Positions 49,599-63,497 of a stretch of DNA of 64,000 bases are shown here, piece by piece. The notes under the pieces are model-generated. The model was not told the DNA's origin, ran no database searches, and saw nothing but the letters and a program-made list of their open reading frames with translations. The DNA is from Nemertoderma westbladi (lineage: Eukaryota; Animalia; Xenacoelomorpha): the NCBI GenBank assembly GCA_032718475.1, contig JAUCBJ010001244.1, positions 1 to 64,000 on the forward strand. Reading direction: 5' to 3'. The position numbers and the translations under genes were made by a program. Numbering within the stretch: the first letter of the stretch is position 1; each line of letters starts with the position of its first letter.

Positions 49599-49959
49599 CT
49601 CCCCCCCATGCTATCTTCCCGGTGAGAAGATAGCATCCAACTAAAGTGCGCTACAATTCCGCTGGATCCCGATCTAGTATCGGGTGTGGGGTGGGTTATT
49701 TTCTTTCGGAGCCGGCTTTCCAGGCCGCTCCCTATGGGTATGATATTGCTACCCTCTGGCGTTTCGTGTCGGGCCGATCGTGCGCTTCTCTCACACAATT
49801 TTTGTTTCCCCAACACTCTCACCACTCTACTCCAACCCTCGCATACTCCCGGACCTCCTCGTCCCACACTCTTCCTCTCACTTCTCCTCCCCCACACTTG
49901 AATTGCGCCCACGCTCTCTTCGCACTCCGCACTATTACTCCATCCCTCTCTTGTCACTC

Positions 49960-51470
49960 CCTAAGGCTTTAATCTCTAATGCTACCCCTGTGCTATCATA
50001 CTATCTACCTACTGCTTACTAACTCTAACTATCTAACTAACTCTGCTAACTACTAACTCTTACTACTTCTAGCTCTAACTGAGAGCCTCTAACTTTCTAC
50101 TGACTCTAACTCTCTACTAAGTCTAACTAACTCCTACTAACTTTCTACTTCTACTAACTCTACTTGACTCCTCTGAGTCTACCAACTCTGCTAACTAGCT
50201 CTACTAACTCTACTCCACTAGCTCTGCTAACTCTACTCCACTAGCTCTGCTAACTCTACTCCACTAGCTCTGCTAACTCTACTAACTAGCTCTACTAACT
50301 CTACTCCACTCTTCTAACTACGTGGCGCTTGCGGTGCCCACAACCACTCTACTATATGGCACCCTATGTGCCCTCTCTGCTCTACTCTACTACCTGGCAC
50401 CCTATGTGCCCTCTCTACTACACTACTACCTCTCTAACTCTACTACCTGGCACCCTATGTGCCCTCTCTACTACACTACTACCTCTCTAACTCTACTACC
50501 TGGCACCCTATGTGCCCTCTCTACTACTCTACTCTATCTCTAACTCTCTAAATCTACTACCTGGCACCCTACGTGCCCGTCTCTACTCTTCTACTCACTG
50601 GTACCCTATGTACCCTCTCTACTACCTCTAACACTCTACTCTACTACCTGGCACCCTATGTGCCCTCTCTACTCTTCTACTCACTGGTACCCTATGTACC
50701 CTCTCTACTACCTCTAACACTCTACTCTACTACCTGGCACCCTATGTGCCCTCTCTACTCTTCTGCTACCTGGCACCCAATATGCCCGTCTCTACTCCTC
50801 TACTCCCCCTTTACGTCTCATCGCCTACACGTGACGCTCTGAGTGCCGGCAGAGTGGGTACGTTAATTATGTGAACTACTACTGACTCTACTAACTCTCT
50901 TCTAACTCTACTAACTCTTTTTGTGCCCGGCACCTCTTGTGCCCGGCACCTTCTAACTCTACTAACTCCTTTTGTGCCCGGCACCTCTTGTGCCCGGCAC
51001 CTTCTAACTCTACTAACTCTCTACTAACTCAACTAACTCTACTACTAACTCAACTAACTCTACTACTAACTCTTTTTGTGCCCGGCACCTCTTGTGCCCG
51101 GCACCCACCCTAATTAACATACCCTGCTCTTACATCAAACACGTCATCACGCCCGTGCCCCACTAAGTTCAGCGCATTCCCTACTAACTCTAACTACGTG
51201 GCGCTTACGGTGCCCACAACCCTCTACTGCCACTACTTTCTCTCTAACTAACGGTACTACATACCCTCTAACTCTAACTAACTAGCGGTACTTACGTACC
51301 CTCTAACTCTCTTCTACTAATGGTACTACACGTACCCTCCTACTAACTCTTCTACTAACGGTACTACACGTACCCTCCTACTAACTCTTCTACTAACGGT
51401 ACTACGTACCACCCTTTAACTAACTAACTAACTAACTAACTCTTACTACCTAACTTCTACCTACTCTATT
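49960..51470. repeat. Strand-skewed C/T/A-rich composite tandem repeats, probably internal 3' region of the LTR element
   Basis: ctctactaa, ctacctggcaccctatgtgccctct, gtgcccggcacc and ggtactacacgtaccc units; G-poor + strand. Confidence 0.8.
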
Positions 51471-51593
51471 ATTTAATTATTTTCTTATTTTAATTAAATA
51501 ATTATTTTATATTTTGTGCGTGGGAAGGGCGTCTCGCCCTCATTCCCACCCCCCTCAGTCCAAAACTTTGGACGACTAAAAACTCTCACGTGC

Positions 51594-53650
51594 CCTGAAT
51601 ATAGACATGGCATTGTCAAATATACACAGGGAGATGTAGGTATATTGGAATCTGTCCAAGCACGCGATGCAATAGTTGGACTACCTGAATGGCATCAATT
51701 TACTGACAATCAGGTTCTTACAGTTCACGAGATGGGGAATAGTGAGTATATTGCCGACTCCATAACATCCTTTAGTATCAGAGCTCCTGAACTCCGAGTT
51801 TTTGATAAAGTAGAGGTTTTCTTTGAATGCTTTGGTATTATAGGGAAAGTACAGAAATATCATTGTCACTTAGAACTTAAGAAATGCCGATGGATTGATG
51901 GCAATAAACGTCATTGGAAACTAAGGCCTACTGGCATTCCAATAGCTGTGGAATTTCTTACATGTAAAGCTGCGAATGGGAATATTATTGCTAAGCAGTT
52001 GTTAGATGAGGTATTTTTTCCCATTGCTGCAGGACAATTACATAAGAGATTTGTAAGCTCTCTTGAACGTCATAAAAAACCTGCAATTGTTGTATTTTCT
52101 TGTATAAGTCCTTTACAAATGAGCCGTTTCTTATTTCATTTGGTATACATAATTGGCAGCTTTGAGACAGAGTTAGATCTTCTATCTGTCGAAGATATTC
52201 GGACTTCATTCGTCAGAGCAAGTCTTATATCAAATGAGAATAATGTGCCAGCTGAGGAGGTTAATAGCTTACTTCAATCATATGTTGTGAAAGAGCTCAC
52301 TTTTCAATCCATTGGAAATATTCAACTCCAGCGTTTCCTCCATCTAGCTATTACTGGTGTTAGACAATTCTTTGCTGGAGATGGTTTGCTCTATGAGGCA
52401 ATAGCTCTCTTTTATGAGGATAGTATTCGGGACCAGTGTACTGAACAAGTAGCTAATATTGAGAGTATGAGACGCAGAAATTTAGTTGATTCACTATATG
52501 AGAAAGATGGTTTGGTATTACCTGATGAGCAGGGTGTTTTACCACAGGATCGACAATTAATAACTGCTACCCGAGAATGCCCTCTTAATTGGAAACCTCT
52601 TTAGAAATCAGTTCAAGGACAATCACAGGATTCCATTGCTGAGCAACGAGATATGTTGCAGATATTAGTAAATGCTATTGATGAATATCAGCATCCATCA
52701 CACAACATTTGTCCATTCTCCATGGTTAGTAGGAGCACCAGGTGTAGGAAAGACAACAGTAATGTTGGAAGCTATGGCTTACAGCCTTGCATGTGGTCTG
52801 AATGTTATGCTCACAGCAATTACAAGTGAGAGAGCCAGAGTATTAGGGGGTGAACATCTTCATTTACTTATGCCATTTGGTGTTCATCATGGTAAAATAA
52901 CATCTACAGGATTAGCTCAAGAATGTCTCTTAAGTTTAGCAAAAAGTCCATCTAAACTTGCTTTACTTAAACGATTGAATATCATTTTCTTTGAGGAGTA
53001 TGGCATGCTTTCTTGTGAACAACTAGCAGCCATTGATCTCATACTGCATAGAATATGTAACACACAAAGGCCATTTGGTGGAAAATTATTCATAGGATGT
53101 GGAGATAGATCATTGCCAACTAGAGCCTGTTGAGGGTCGAGTAGTTTGGCTTAGTACTCATTTTATTACAACCTTTACTGTTATGGTTTGCTGACATTTT
53201 GTTCGTAGTGCAAATGATGAAGAATTGCAACTAGTTATAACAATCTTGCGCACATCAAACCCATCCATCTCCTAATTTGATTGATCAAATGATAGGAATA
53301 TTAAAGAGACGCTGTAACTTCCTTGATAGCTGGGATGATGTCCCAGATGATGTCTTAAAGGTTGTAGGAACTCGGGCTGGTGAACAGGAAGTATTACAAA
53401 AATATCTTTCACAGCACCGAAACGAAGTTGGAACAGTTTCTATCACTAGCCATGATCAGGTAACTAGTGGGAATCCTTCGGAGGATAATTGTTGGAGGGA
53501 TACCGATTCACCTAGTATTATTAATTTTATAACAAGATCATGTCGTGAGCCACTTGATTTGATTCTGTTCCTTAACCAGATCCTCCGTTTTACATTTAAT
53601 AGACAGAGTGAGCAACCAAAGTTTTCAAATGGTCAATTGTGTCTGCATAC
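51594..53650 (+). pseudogene. Duplicate copy of the Helentron-like linker plus PIF1 helicase N-half (partner 54817-56870)
   Basis: Near-identical to 54817-56870 (offset ~3223), sharing the same premature stops; Walker A GAPGVGKT. Confidence 0.9.
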
Positions 53651-54719
53651 TAAAGTAAACTAATATACTAATAGTCGCAAGTCTTTATATAAAATATACA
53701 TTACTCTAACAATAGAATAATTGTTGTAAAAATAACACAATAAAAATTTATTACTAATATAAATTAATAACTTTTTAATTTTCAGATAAAAATTCATCAG
53801 TTGGAAAATCAAAAACGTATGAATAACGAGCCCAAAAAGAAACGCCGACACGAGAATTATACAAACTACCATCGTTAACAGTATGCCACGATCTGAGGGT
53901 GGAGAAGTTTGAGGCTATACAATACACAAACTCTACATATCAGTTACTAAGTTTGTGCAGTATATAGCGAAATTGGAGAAGGCTATAAAAACGGCTATAT
54001 TTCGGATAGAATTTGAAATATAACAAAAACATTGATTTTTTAAATAATCTATTCCATCCATTATCCCTTTTAGATAAGATCTGGAATGTTTCCATTCTTT
54101 AAACTCCAAATTTTGCGTTTTTTTAACATTTAAAGTATTAATTTAAATAAACTAGATATTTATTAACTTAATCTACGCAACATACTACAATTAAGGGTGA
54201 TGGACCAGCGAAAAATTTGGTTAGTTTTTAAAAATTTAAAGGGTAAATCTAAATACTAAATTTATATTTATTTACGTAGTGTAAACACTACAACAGCCGC
54301 GAGCAATAATTAATTCTCATACATTGCAACCAAATTATGTACCACCATTAAATCTTTCTTTTTTTATACATCATTATAAAAGAAAACAAAAGTACTGCAA
54401 AATAAAATTTTGAAGTAAATTAGACTAAATTACTAGATCTAAATTTGTTGATTAATTATTATATTAAAACAATAATGGGGAACTTTTTTACAAAAACGAT
54501 TTCAACCAATCAAATTTCACATCCCAACGATCATTTTTTCGATCATTTTTTATTTATTCGTACGACTACTAGAACTGGAGATTATACAATTTGAAGATCT
54601 CCGATGACCGATAAGTCTATTCCGTGTAATCCCGCAAAGACCGCAGGTTATTCGAGTCCCGTCTTCATAATAAGATTCTAAAAGAGAAGGAAAAAAAAAG
54701 AAACAAAGACTGCAATTAA

Positions 54720-57700
54720 GTCAAGGGAAATGGGATATCCAGAGGTTGTACATAATCTTCTAGGGTTTCCATATATCCGAACCAATGTTGAATTTGTTCA
54801 GGTATCGACCCTGACTCCTGAATATAGACATGGCATTGTCAAATATACACAGGGAGATGTAGGTATATTGGAATCTGTCCAAGCACGCGATGCAATAGTT
54901 GGACTACCTGAATGGCATCAATTTACTGACAATCAGGTTCTTACAGTTCACGAGATGGGGAATAGTGAGTATATTGCCGACTCCATAACATCCTTTAGTA
55001 TCAGAGCTCCTGAACTCCGAGTTTTTGATAAAGTAGAGGTTTTCTTTGAATGCTTTGGTATTATAGGGAAAGTACAGAAATATCATTGTCACTTAGAACT
55101 TAAGAAATGCCGATGGATTGATGGCAATAAACGTCGTTGGAAACTAAGGCCTACTGGCATTCCAATAGCTGTGGAATTTCTTACATGTAAAGCTGCGAAT
55201 GGGAATATTATTGCTAAGCAGTTGTTAGATGAGGTATTTCTTCCCATTGCTGCAGGACAATTACATAAGAGATTTGTAAGCTCTCTTGAACGTCATAAAA
55301 AACCTGCAATTGTTGTATTTTCTTGTATAAGTCCTTTACAAATGAGCCGTTTCTTATTTCATTTGGTATACATAATTGGCAGCTTTGAGACAGAGTTAGA
55401 TCTTCTATCTGTCGAAGATATTCGGACTTCATTCGTCAGAGCAAGTCTTATATCAAATGAGAATAATGTGCCAGCTGAGGAGGTTAATAGCTTACTTCAA
55501 TCATATGTTGTGAAAGAGCTCACTTTTCAATCCATTGGAAATATTCAACTCCAGCGTTTCCTCCATCTAGCTATTACTGGTGTTAGACAATTCTTTGCTG
55601 GAGATGGTTTGCTCTATGAGGCAATAGCTCTCTTTTATGAGGATAGTATTCGGGACCAGTGTACTGAACAAGTTGCTAATATTGAGAGTATGAGACGCAG
55701 AAATTTAGTTGATTCACTATATGAGAAAGATGGTTTGGTATTACCTGATGAGCAGGGTGTTTTACCACAGGATCGACAATTAATAACTGCTACCCGAGAA
55801 TGCCCTCTTAATTGGAAACCTCTTTAGAAATCAGTTCAAGGACAATCACAGGATTCCATTGCTGAGCAACGAGATATGTTGCAGATATTAGTAAATGCTA
55901 TTGATGAATATCAGCATCCATCAACAACATTTGTCCATTCTCCATGGTTAGTAGGAGCACCAGGTGTAGGAAAGACAACAGTAATGTTGGAAGCTATGGC
56001 TTACAGCCTTGCATGTGGTCTGAATGTTATGCTCACAGCAATTACAAGTGAGAGAGCCAGAGTATTAGGGGGTGAACATCTTCATTTACTTATGCCATTT
56101 GGTGTTCATCATGGTAAAATAACATCTACAGGATTAGCTCAAGAATGTCTCTTAAGTTTAGCAAAAAGTCCATCTAAACTTGCTTTACTTAAACGATTGA
56201 ATATCATTTTCTTTGAGGAGTATGGCATGCTTTCTTGTGAACAACTAGCAGCCATTGATCTCATACTGCATAGAATATGTAACACACAAAGGCCATTTGG
56301 TGGAAAATTATTCATAGGATGTGGAGATAGATCATTGCCAACTAGAGCCTGTTGAGGGTCGAGTAGTTTGGCTTAGTACTCATTTTATTACAACCTTTAC
56401 TGTTATGGTTTGCTGACATTTTGTTCGTAGTGCAAATGATGAAGAATTGCAACTAGTTATAACAATCTTGCGCACATCAAACCCATCCATCTCCTAATTT
56501 GATTGATCAAATGATAGGAATATTAAAGAGACGCTGTAACTTCCTTGATAGCTGGGATGATGTCCCAGATGATGTCTTAAAGGTTGTAGGAACTCGGGCT
56601 GGTGAACAGGAAGTATTACAAAAATATCTTTCACAGCACCGAAACGAAGTTGGAACAGTTTCTATCACTAGCCATGATCAGGTAACTAGTGGGAATCCTT
56701 CGGAGGATAATTGTTGGAGGGATACCGATTCACCTAGTATTATTAATTTTATAACAAGATCATGTCGTGAGCCACAGGAATTGATTCTGTTCCTAAACCA
56801 GATCCTCCGTTTCACATATAACAGGCAATCTGTGCAACCTAAATTTTCTAATGGTCAATTGTGTATTCTTACGAAAGTGCCAGCTGATTGTGATGATACA
56901 CTGGAAGCAGCTGTTGTCCCTAAAGGATGCCTTCGGATAAACCCTGAAAGTGCAAATACATGGCCATCAGTTAAATTATCCCAATGTAAACAGCCCCTCC
57001 TACAGTTGTTGGTTATGGCAAGAATGCGATAATGGGAAGACGTATACATACAATTCCCATTACATTACTTTTGTGCAGGCACCATACATGGTGTTCAAGG
57101 TCAAGATGCGCCATCATTAGCAACTCAAATAACTATTGATATTAAGAATAAATATAAGATTTGGCTGAAAATGCAAATAACCACGCTTATTTCTAGGGTA
57201 TTCGATCTTGGTAACTTTTCATTTGTTGGAATCATGGAGGAAACTTTCAATTGTATACGAATCTTGATGAATAAGAAATCGCCAAATCAAGATTATATTA
57301 AACACTTATTGAGAGGTCTCAATGTTCTTGTCGCTGGAGTATCCCAAGATCCTATAACATTTGAAAAACATCCTTTCTGACCATACTATATAGATATTCC
57401 TTCTTCTTATACAGGATTTGTCTATATGTTGATAAGTATTATGTTCCGTGATAAAGTTATATAGGTCAAACTATAGAACTAAAAGCAAGGTTGCTGGCTC
57501 ATCAGAACAAAACAGGTTCTGATTTTACAAGGAATTCTGCATATCACCCTTGGGCTCTGTATGCCTTTGTCAGTGGCTTTCCAGGTGAAGGAAAGGGTGA
57601 CCTTAATACTCGATACCGTAAAGAATTTGAAACTGAATGGCATGCTCTTAATAATACAGGAAAAGCTGGCGGGGATACAATTGTTGGGCGAGAGTATGTT

Positions 57701-57838
57701 TTTCAAGTTGGTGTTGAGATAGTTCGAAATTGGAATACTAAAGTATATAATGATGATGATGGAGAAGTCAACAATTTCGAGCTGAAAATATGTAAACCAT
57801 CGATCTCTCAGTATATTTTATATGCTCCTATTGCATAA
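54720..57838 (+). pseudogene. Helentron-like RepHel C-terminal half: linker, PIF1 helicase and GIY-YIG nuclease
   Basis: REMGYPEVVH...STLTPEYR; GAPGVGKTT; IFFEEYGMLS; PFGGKLFIGCGD; QFPLHYFCAGTIHGVQGQ; then GFVYML...YIGQT...ARLLAH...PWAL...GFP...FETEW. Several stops and frameshifts. Confidence 0.85.
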
Positions 57839-57924
57839 TTCCAATCTTTGTTGCAGATATATATATATATAAATCTTGCTTCTGCATAGAGTATTCCTAT
57901 TTAGAGATTCCCATACACGGAGGC

Positions 57925-58255
57925 AACTTACAACCAAGGGAGTATAGCTGCAGGCAACTTACTGCCAAGGGAACTTGGTAGACTCTAAGAACAGAGTATA
58001 GCTGGAGGTAAATTACAACCAAGGAAACTTGAGAGACTAAGAAGTGTATAGCTGCAGGCAATTTAAAACCACTAAAACTTGGTAGACTCAAAAGAGTATA
58101 GCTGCAGGCAATTTAAAACCAAGAAAACTTGGTAGACTCTAATAAAATAGGACATAGCTGCAGGCAACTTACCACAAAGGAAACTTTGGATACTCTAGAC
58201 TCTTAAGAAAACAGAATGTAGCTGCAGACAACTTACCCTCAAGGAAACTTGGGAT
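57925..58255. repeat. ~45-55-bp minisatellite downstream of the RepHel ORF
   Basis: agtatagctgcaggcaac...ccaaggaaacttggtagactc units, ~6 copies. Confidence 0.8.
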
Positions 58256-58750
58256 TTAAATTTTAAAATAAATTGTAAAATTTGTTGATACATTTAATAT
58301 GTTAACATAGTTATTATATTTTTTTATAATATATGTAATTTTCGTAATTATTTCGCAGTTGTAACAAAGTTGAGAAGAATTTCGCAGTTGTAACAAAGGT
58401 GAAGAGAAGAAGAAAAGGCATCGAAATTACGAATAATGTGATTGCCGGTGACATAAACATAACTTTCACAAAATAGACAGTAGATACCTCGTAACAATCA
58501 GAGAAACACTGCAGTAAATTGTTCAAATTGCTATAATTATTTATATTGCGCTTCGAATATTATAGGGCCTACTTCAAATAATATTCAAAAATATATTCAC
58601 TGCTGTTAAACAGATATTTATTTTAAAAATGTAGATAATTATTCTTCCCCCAAAAAACCATGCCCCTTTTTTATGACCTCCCCCACCAACAAATCCCTCT
58701 TAGGGAAATTTACTTTATTTTATCTTTTAGATTCAATAATCCCCATAACA

Positions 58751-59280
58751 ATGGCGATGATCCGGGAACTCAAACTGATCTCGGGTACCGATGACGTTGT
58801 CTTTGTGTTTCACAACAACCTCCCCTGTATCATAAACTCATCAACTCTCTACAAAAAGGATTATCTACCGCGATCCGGAGGTTCTATCGATTACTTCAGA
58901 GTCGTGGTTTCTACGGACGGGAACCGCGTTGCCTCGGGAACCTATAGGGGTGGGTCGGTGACTGTCTGGGAGTGCGGAGCGACCGGTTGGTGGGTCGTAG
59001 TGGAGGTAGCGGAGAGGGAGTTAGGGATTGGTGGGGGAGGGGATGAATGGAGGGCGGGAATAGACATAAATCCCTCCAACCGGGACGTCATAGCAACATG
59101 TGGGTCCAACAGGGGGATTTCATTAATATCAATACTGGTAGGAAATATAAGAGGTTTCTAACTGGGTGGGGCATTCTGGGAGGTTTGGTGTGTTCGGTTC
59201 AACGGGTCCCGGTTAGCCAGCTGTTCGGATGATAGTACAGTAAAAGTTTGGCTGACTGGAACCCGGGCAGTTAGGAACAC
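58751..59280 (+). pseudogene. WD40-repeat gene fragment
   Basis: STDGNRVASG...SVTVWE, INPSNRDVIATCG and, after an in-frame stop, VWCVRFNGSRLASCSDDSTVKVW. Confidence 0.7.
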
Positions 59281-60667
59281 AATGCCCGATATTGTCCTTT
59301 TGAACGCCAAAATTTCGTCGCCAGAACCAATCTAGCTGCATTTTCCCCATAGACTTACATAGGAAAAAATATGAATGCTAAGCGCATTTGATACATAATT
59401 ATCGCATTTTAAAATTTATACCACTGAATTCCTTGCAAAATATAATGGAGAGTGCTCTAACAACTGCCAAGCAACTAATTGGGTTAATCAATTATCCATT
59501 ATTACTAAGTATAATTACCAACCTACGGCTATAATAAACAATGTAGAGGGAGTCAGAGTGGTGAACTTTGTAAAGTTTGAAGTGTAGTGAGTTGCTCAGT
59601 GTGAGTGTTAGTGTTGCTTCAACTAAATGTCACAGATCTATTTTTGGAACGAAATTAAAAAGGAAAATATTTGCGTGATTCCTTGGTTACATAACAATGT
59701 TTGTTTAATTGTGAGTCAAAGAAAGTAATTGAGCATTATTATGCAGTTGTGTGGACCAATCATGGCCCCACAACAAAGAAAGTAATTGAGACTTATAATA
59801 AGGGTGAAGGAAATTGTTACCAAGGAATGGTGAAGGATACTCAGTACCTAGAACGTTCTGAAGCAGTGTTAATTGAACACAAAAACATTTTTTCAAACAA
59901 AACCATGGATATCATGAAGTCTCTTGGACTGACAACAACGGATGGTGAAGGGGAATGTTTATTAAACCAAGATTTCTGGGCTGGAAATATCACTACCCGG
60001 CCTGTAGTGATGAGTTTTTTTTGTCCCCACCATCCCATGCCTATTTACTTTTACATGTTCTTGTACTAACGTACAAGTATGTGATAGGCGTCTCATGGTC
60101 AGCTATCTCACTAAATTATGCTGCTGGCAAAGAGGAAAGGGCCAAGGTCCTTTTCAATGAGTCAGTAGCAGAAAAAGGCAAGGTTACTGTTGATGTGCTA
60201 CCCCTTGTCTTGAAAATTTCCGGCTCACAGTTGCCATCTAAAGAAAAAGGGAAGAGGGAACAGGTATCGTCATGGGAACATCACGGAACGTCTTAATCTT
60301 CAGCAAAGTAATTGTCCTGATTGGGAAAAAAGGGTTTTGGGTATATTTGAGCGAAAAAGTAACAATTTAAAAATACAAATGATATATTATATGTATGTAC
60401 ACTTTAAATAGAAAGTATAATGTGCCAACTAATTATATAAAATAATATAAAATAATTGAACTTCACAAAACACACATGCACAATATCAGTTAGCTGATTG
60501 TCGGCTCTGTCTTGTTGGCGATAACCATGGGCAGTACGTCTACAATGTGGGTAATGTACTACTAGGTAATGTTCTTATGGAGATGTACGTACAATCAACT
60601 TTTTTGATATACTGGACTTTAATTCTGAACAGCAACATGGACAAACTATCTTCCCTTCAACTACATT

Positions 60668-61010
60668 AGTAGTAGAGTCTTGGCCGGCTCGGTGACAGTT
60701 AGACCCCACTGCCTGGCGCCATACTGTCTGGGTAACACCTCCTAATTAGGCTAATTAGACCCTAATTGACAGGTGTCATCAATTAATTAGTACAATTAAA
60801 CCCTAATAGGTGTCTTATGACTCCTAATTAGGGTTTAATTGATTATCCTAATTAATCAATCCGATACGCAATGGTGTCAGTGTTGTCTAACTGTCGCCTA
60901 GAGGGCCAAGAGGGTGTCATAAGTGACACCGCAGCTCTTTTATTTATTATTGCTTATTTATTTGTACTTAATTTTAATTAATTATTTGTATTTAATTTTA
61001 CTTTATTAAT
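60668..61010 (+). mobile_element. Left TIR of a second, diverged member of the Polinton-like family
   Basis: AGTAGTAGAGTCTTGGCCGGCTC... colinear with 31900-32300 (taattaggctaattagaccctaattgacaggtgtcatc; agagggtgtcataagtgacaccgcagctc). No right TIR seen in the window. Confidence 0.9.
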
Positions 61011-61168
61011 TAAACTTTATTTATTTGTATTAAATAGAAATGGAGATCAAATTAACTAAATAAATGAATACGAGTCCATATTCTCTATAACGAATACAAG
61101 TAAACGTTTTCTGATACATAACGTCTAAAACTGTTGTGGGTCCTTACGCCCTCTTGCCTCTGATCCTA

Positions 61169-61282
<114 letters not shown>

Positions 61283-61562
61283 CTAAAATATCGTAGAGGC
61301 CTTCAGTTAATGATTCGCTGGTTCCCAATATCGAAGCGGTGTTTCCGATCAGGATAGCTATCAGGATACGCTGTAGTAAGAAGCGATGAGAATGGGGCTC
61401 AAATGAAATGGAAGGTACAGATAAATATTTTAAGAACTATATATTCATCGCATTTACCTACCTGTTTTTCTTTTGACCTTATATCACTGTTTCTATACCC
61501 CATCCGATACCCGCATCACCCGGATTTCATTGTCGAACCTCACTAGAAGCCGAGGTGTGCAA

Positions 61563-62029
61563 ATGGCGCTGACGGGATATGTTAACATAGTTCTCAGTAT
61601 AAACAGATGCAGTATAAAGGTCTGGCATCTTTCGGCATCATCTGCTCTGCAATGAGCGAGCTCGGTATACTAGACTGGGCCCAGCTGGCGACTCTCCTTC
61701 CCGCAGAGTTTTCCGGCATAGAGAAGACCTGCCGGGCCTTAATTCAGCATGGCCCCTACATTGGCTATATGGCGGGTCACTCTAACCTGGTCCGATCTTC
61801 CATGTACCCCCTGCTACTCACCATATGCAGGTCCTTAGGATCTAGTGAGTCTCAAGAGAGATACCGTGGAGGAAAGAACGATCGACTCTATATTGGAGCT
61901 CGATCATGGTTGACAGCTGCTAAGGACAAAATAAGGAATGCGGGCGCAGCAATGGCTGGTGCTAATGTCGAGGGGGAGGAGGTCGCCGAACGTGTCATGG
62001 CGTTTGCTCGTGAGTATCACCACAAGTGA
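61563..62029 (+). pseudogene. Putative endogenous negative-strand RNA virus (Mononegavirales-like) nucleoprotein fragment
   Basis: KGLASFGII...AEFSGIE...HGPYIGYM...VRSSMYPLLLTICRSLG parallels the paramyxovirus N core AGLASFIL...GELSTLE...APYM...FSAGSYPLLWSYAMGVG; frameshift at ~61590. Confidence 0.55.
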
Positions 62030-63497
62030 ACATGTAATCTAATAATCTCTCTATGCGGTTATTGTTGTAGTTGAAACTTTAATTAAATCTACTTATTGCC
62101 TTATACTTAATATATCCGCTACTTACATATACCCATCTCTGTAAATCGACAGATCCCATATATAGAGGGGGGAGGTGGAGGATACCTGTACGTCATGACC
62201 ATCAATGACCCCGGGATACGGGAGGTATCTTAGGTTTCTTAATCGTGGTCTGCAGGATTTTGTTACTAGGTAGTTTTTAATACATAATACGTACCTAGTT
62301 TGATATATAATTATACCTGATCAGCAGTATAGAAGATGATCAATATACCTCTTGTGTTTGGCAATATTACCTTACGTGTTTTATATATATATCAACACAC
62401 TCTTGTAACGCATGCTCTTAATTAGCTGCACGGGTCAGCTTTATTAATTTGTATTTAATTTTAAATTAATTAATTTCAAGATTCCTATAATCAATAAATA
62501 TACATTATATAGGTAGTGTGAACACGGCCTAAGGAACGCGGCGTAACGCCGTGAAAAAACATTAAACTTCCAAACGATGGGACTGGTGGTGCTGCAATAT
62601 CGCCGGCGGTGACACTTTATTGAAACGCTTGTAGCTAAAGAATAAAATATAAAAATACAAATTCTGGCTCAGTCACTAAGGATGAGGGAGGTGAAACTAC
62701 TGTAGCTCTGTTTCATTCATGCTATTCATTCAAATTTGTATTAAAGTTAGGGGGGGGGGGGGGGAGGGGCGTGTCATGTATTGAAATTACAAAACTAAAT
62801 TACAACATTAAATTTAAAAGCATTCAATAATTATTCAATTCATTTTCTTAATCAAAGAGACCTTGGTGTACTGGTTGCATTGAATTCGCATCTCTTGGAG
62901 GTCGTGGGTTCAGTGTTAAGTCTGAGATTTGACAGTGCTGCAGTATGTATTCCAACGAAAAAATACGGCACGGGTCAGCAGGTACGGAACTGCAAACTAC
63001 GCTGCGATATGTTGTACCGGTAGGTACATGTGCTGATGTGCGACATGCCGATTGTACAGGCTGACCGGGGTGCATGATAGCAAGAAAATATCTGAAAATC
63101 AAAATGTTAAAAATTAAAATTTGAATATTAAATAAAAGAATTTAAAAATAATTATTAAGAATATATTTTATACAATATAGAGCAGTAGAGTAAATAGTTT
63201 CTATATCGTTATAGTAGAAAAGGATATATTTTTAAATAAATAAATTGGAGATGAGCTGTTGCAACTGTAATTAAAGGTGTAATATTATGGTTTTGTTCAG
63301 AAGTGGAAAAAAATTAATTTACAAATTTATTTAATTAATATCACCTGGAAGCAATACTCGAGCTGAATATCTACTTATTTGCACTCCCCTCCTGTTTCAC
63401 TCTACAGTAGCATGCTTGAGGCTGTTAGAGATGGAATATAAGCAACTTAAGACTGCCCTGCCCGTTCAATAGGAGTGGATTAGGTGGGAGTGTGAGT

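Noticed and set aside
51516-51593. N-terminus of the 362-aa ORF
   Set aside because: Chimeric junction; homology to the longer copy begins only at 51594.
59701-60296. Two short ORFs as a gene
   Set aside because: No recognisable motifs and non-ATG starts; cannot be assigned.
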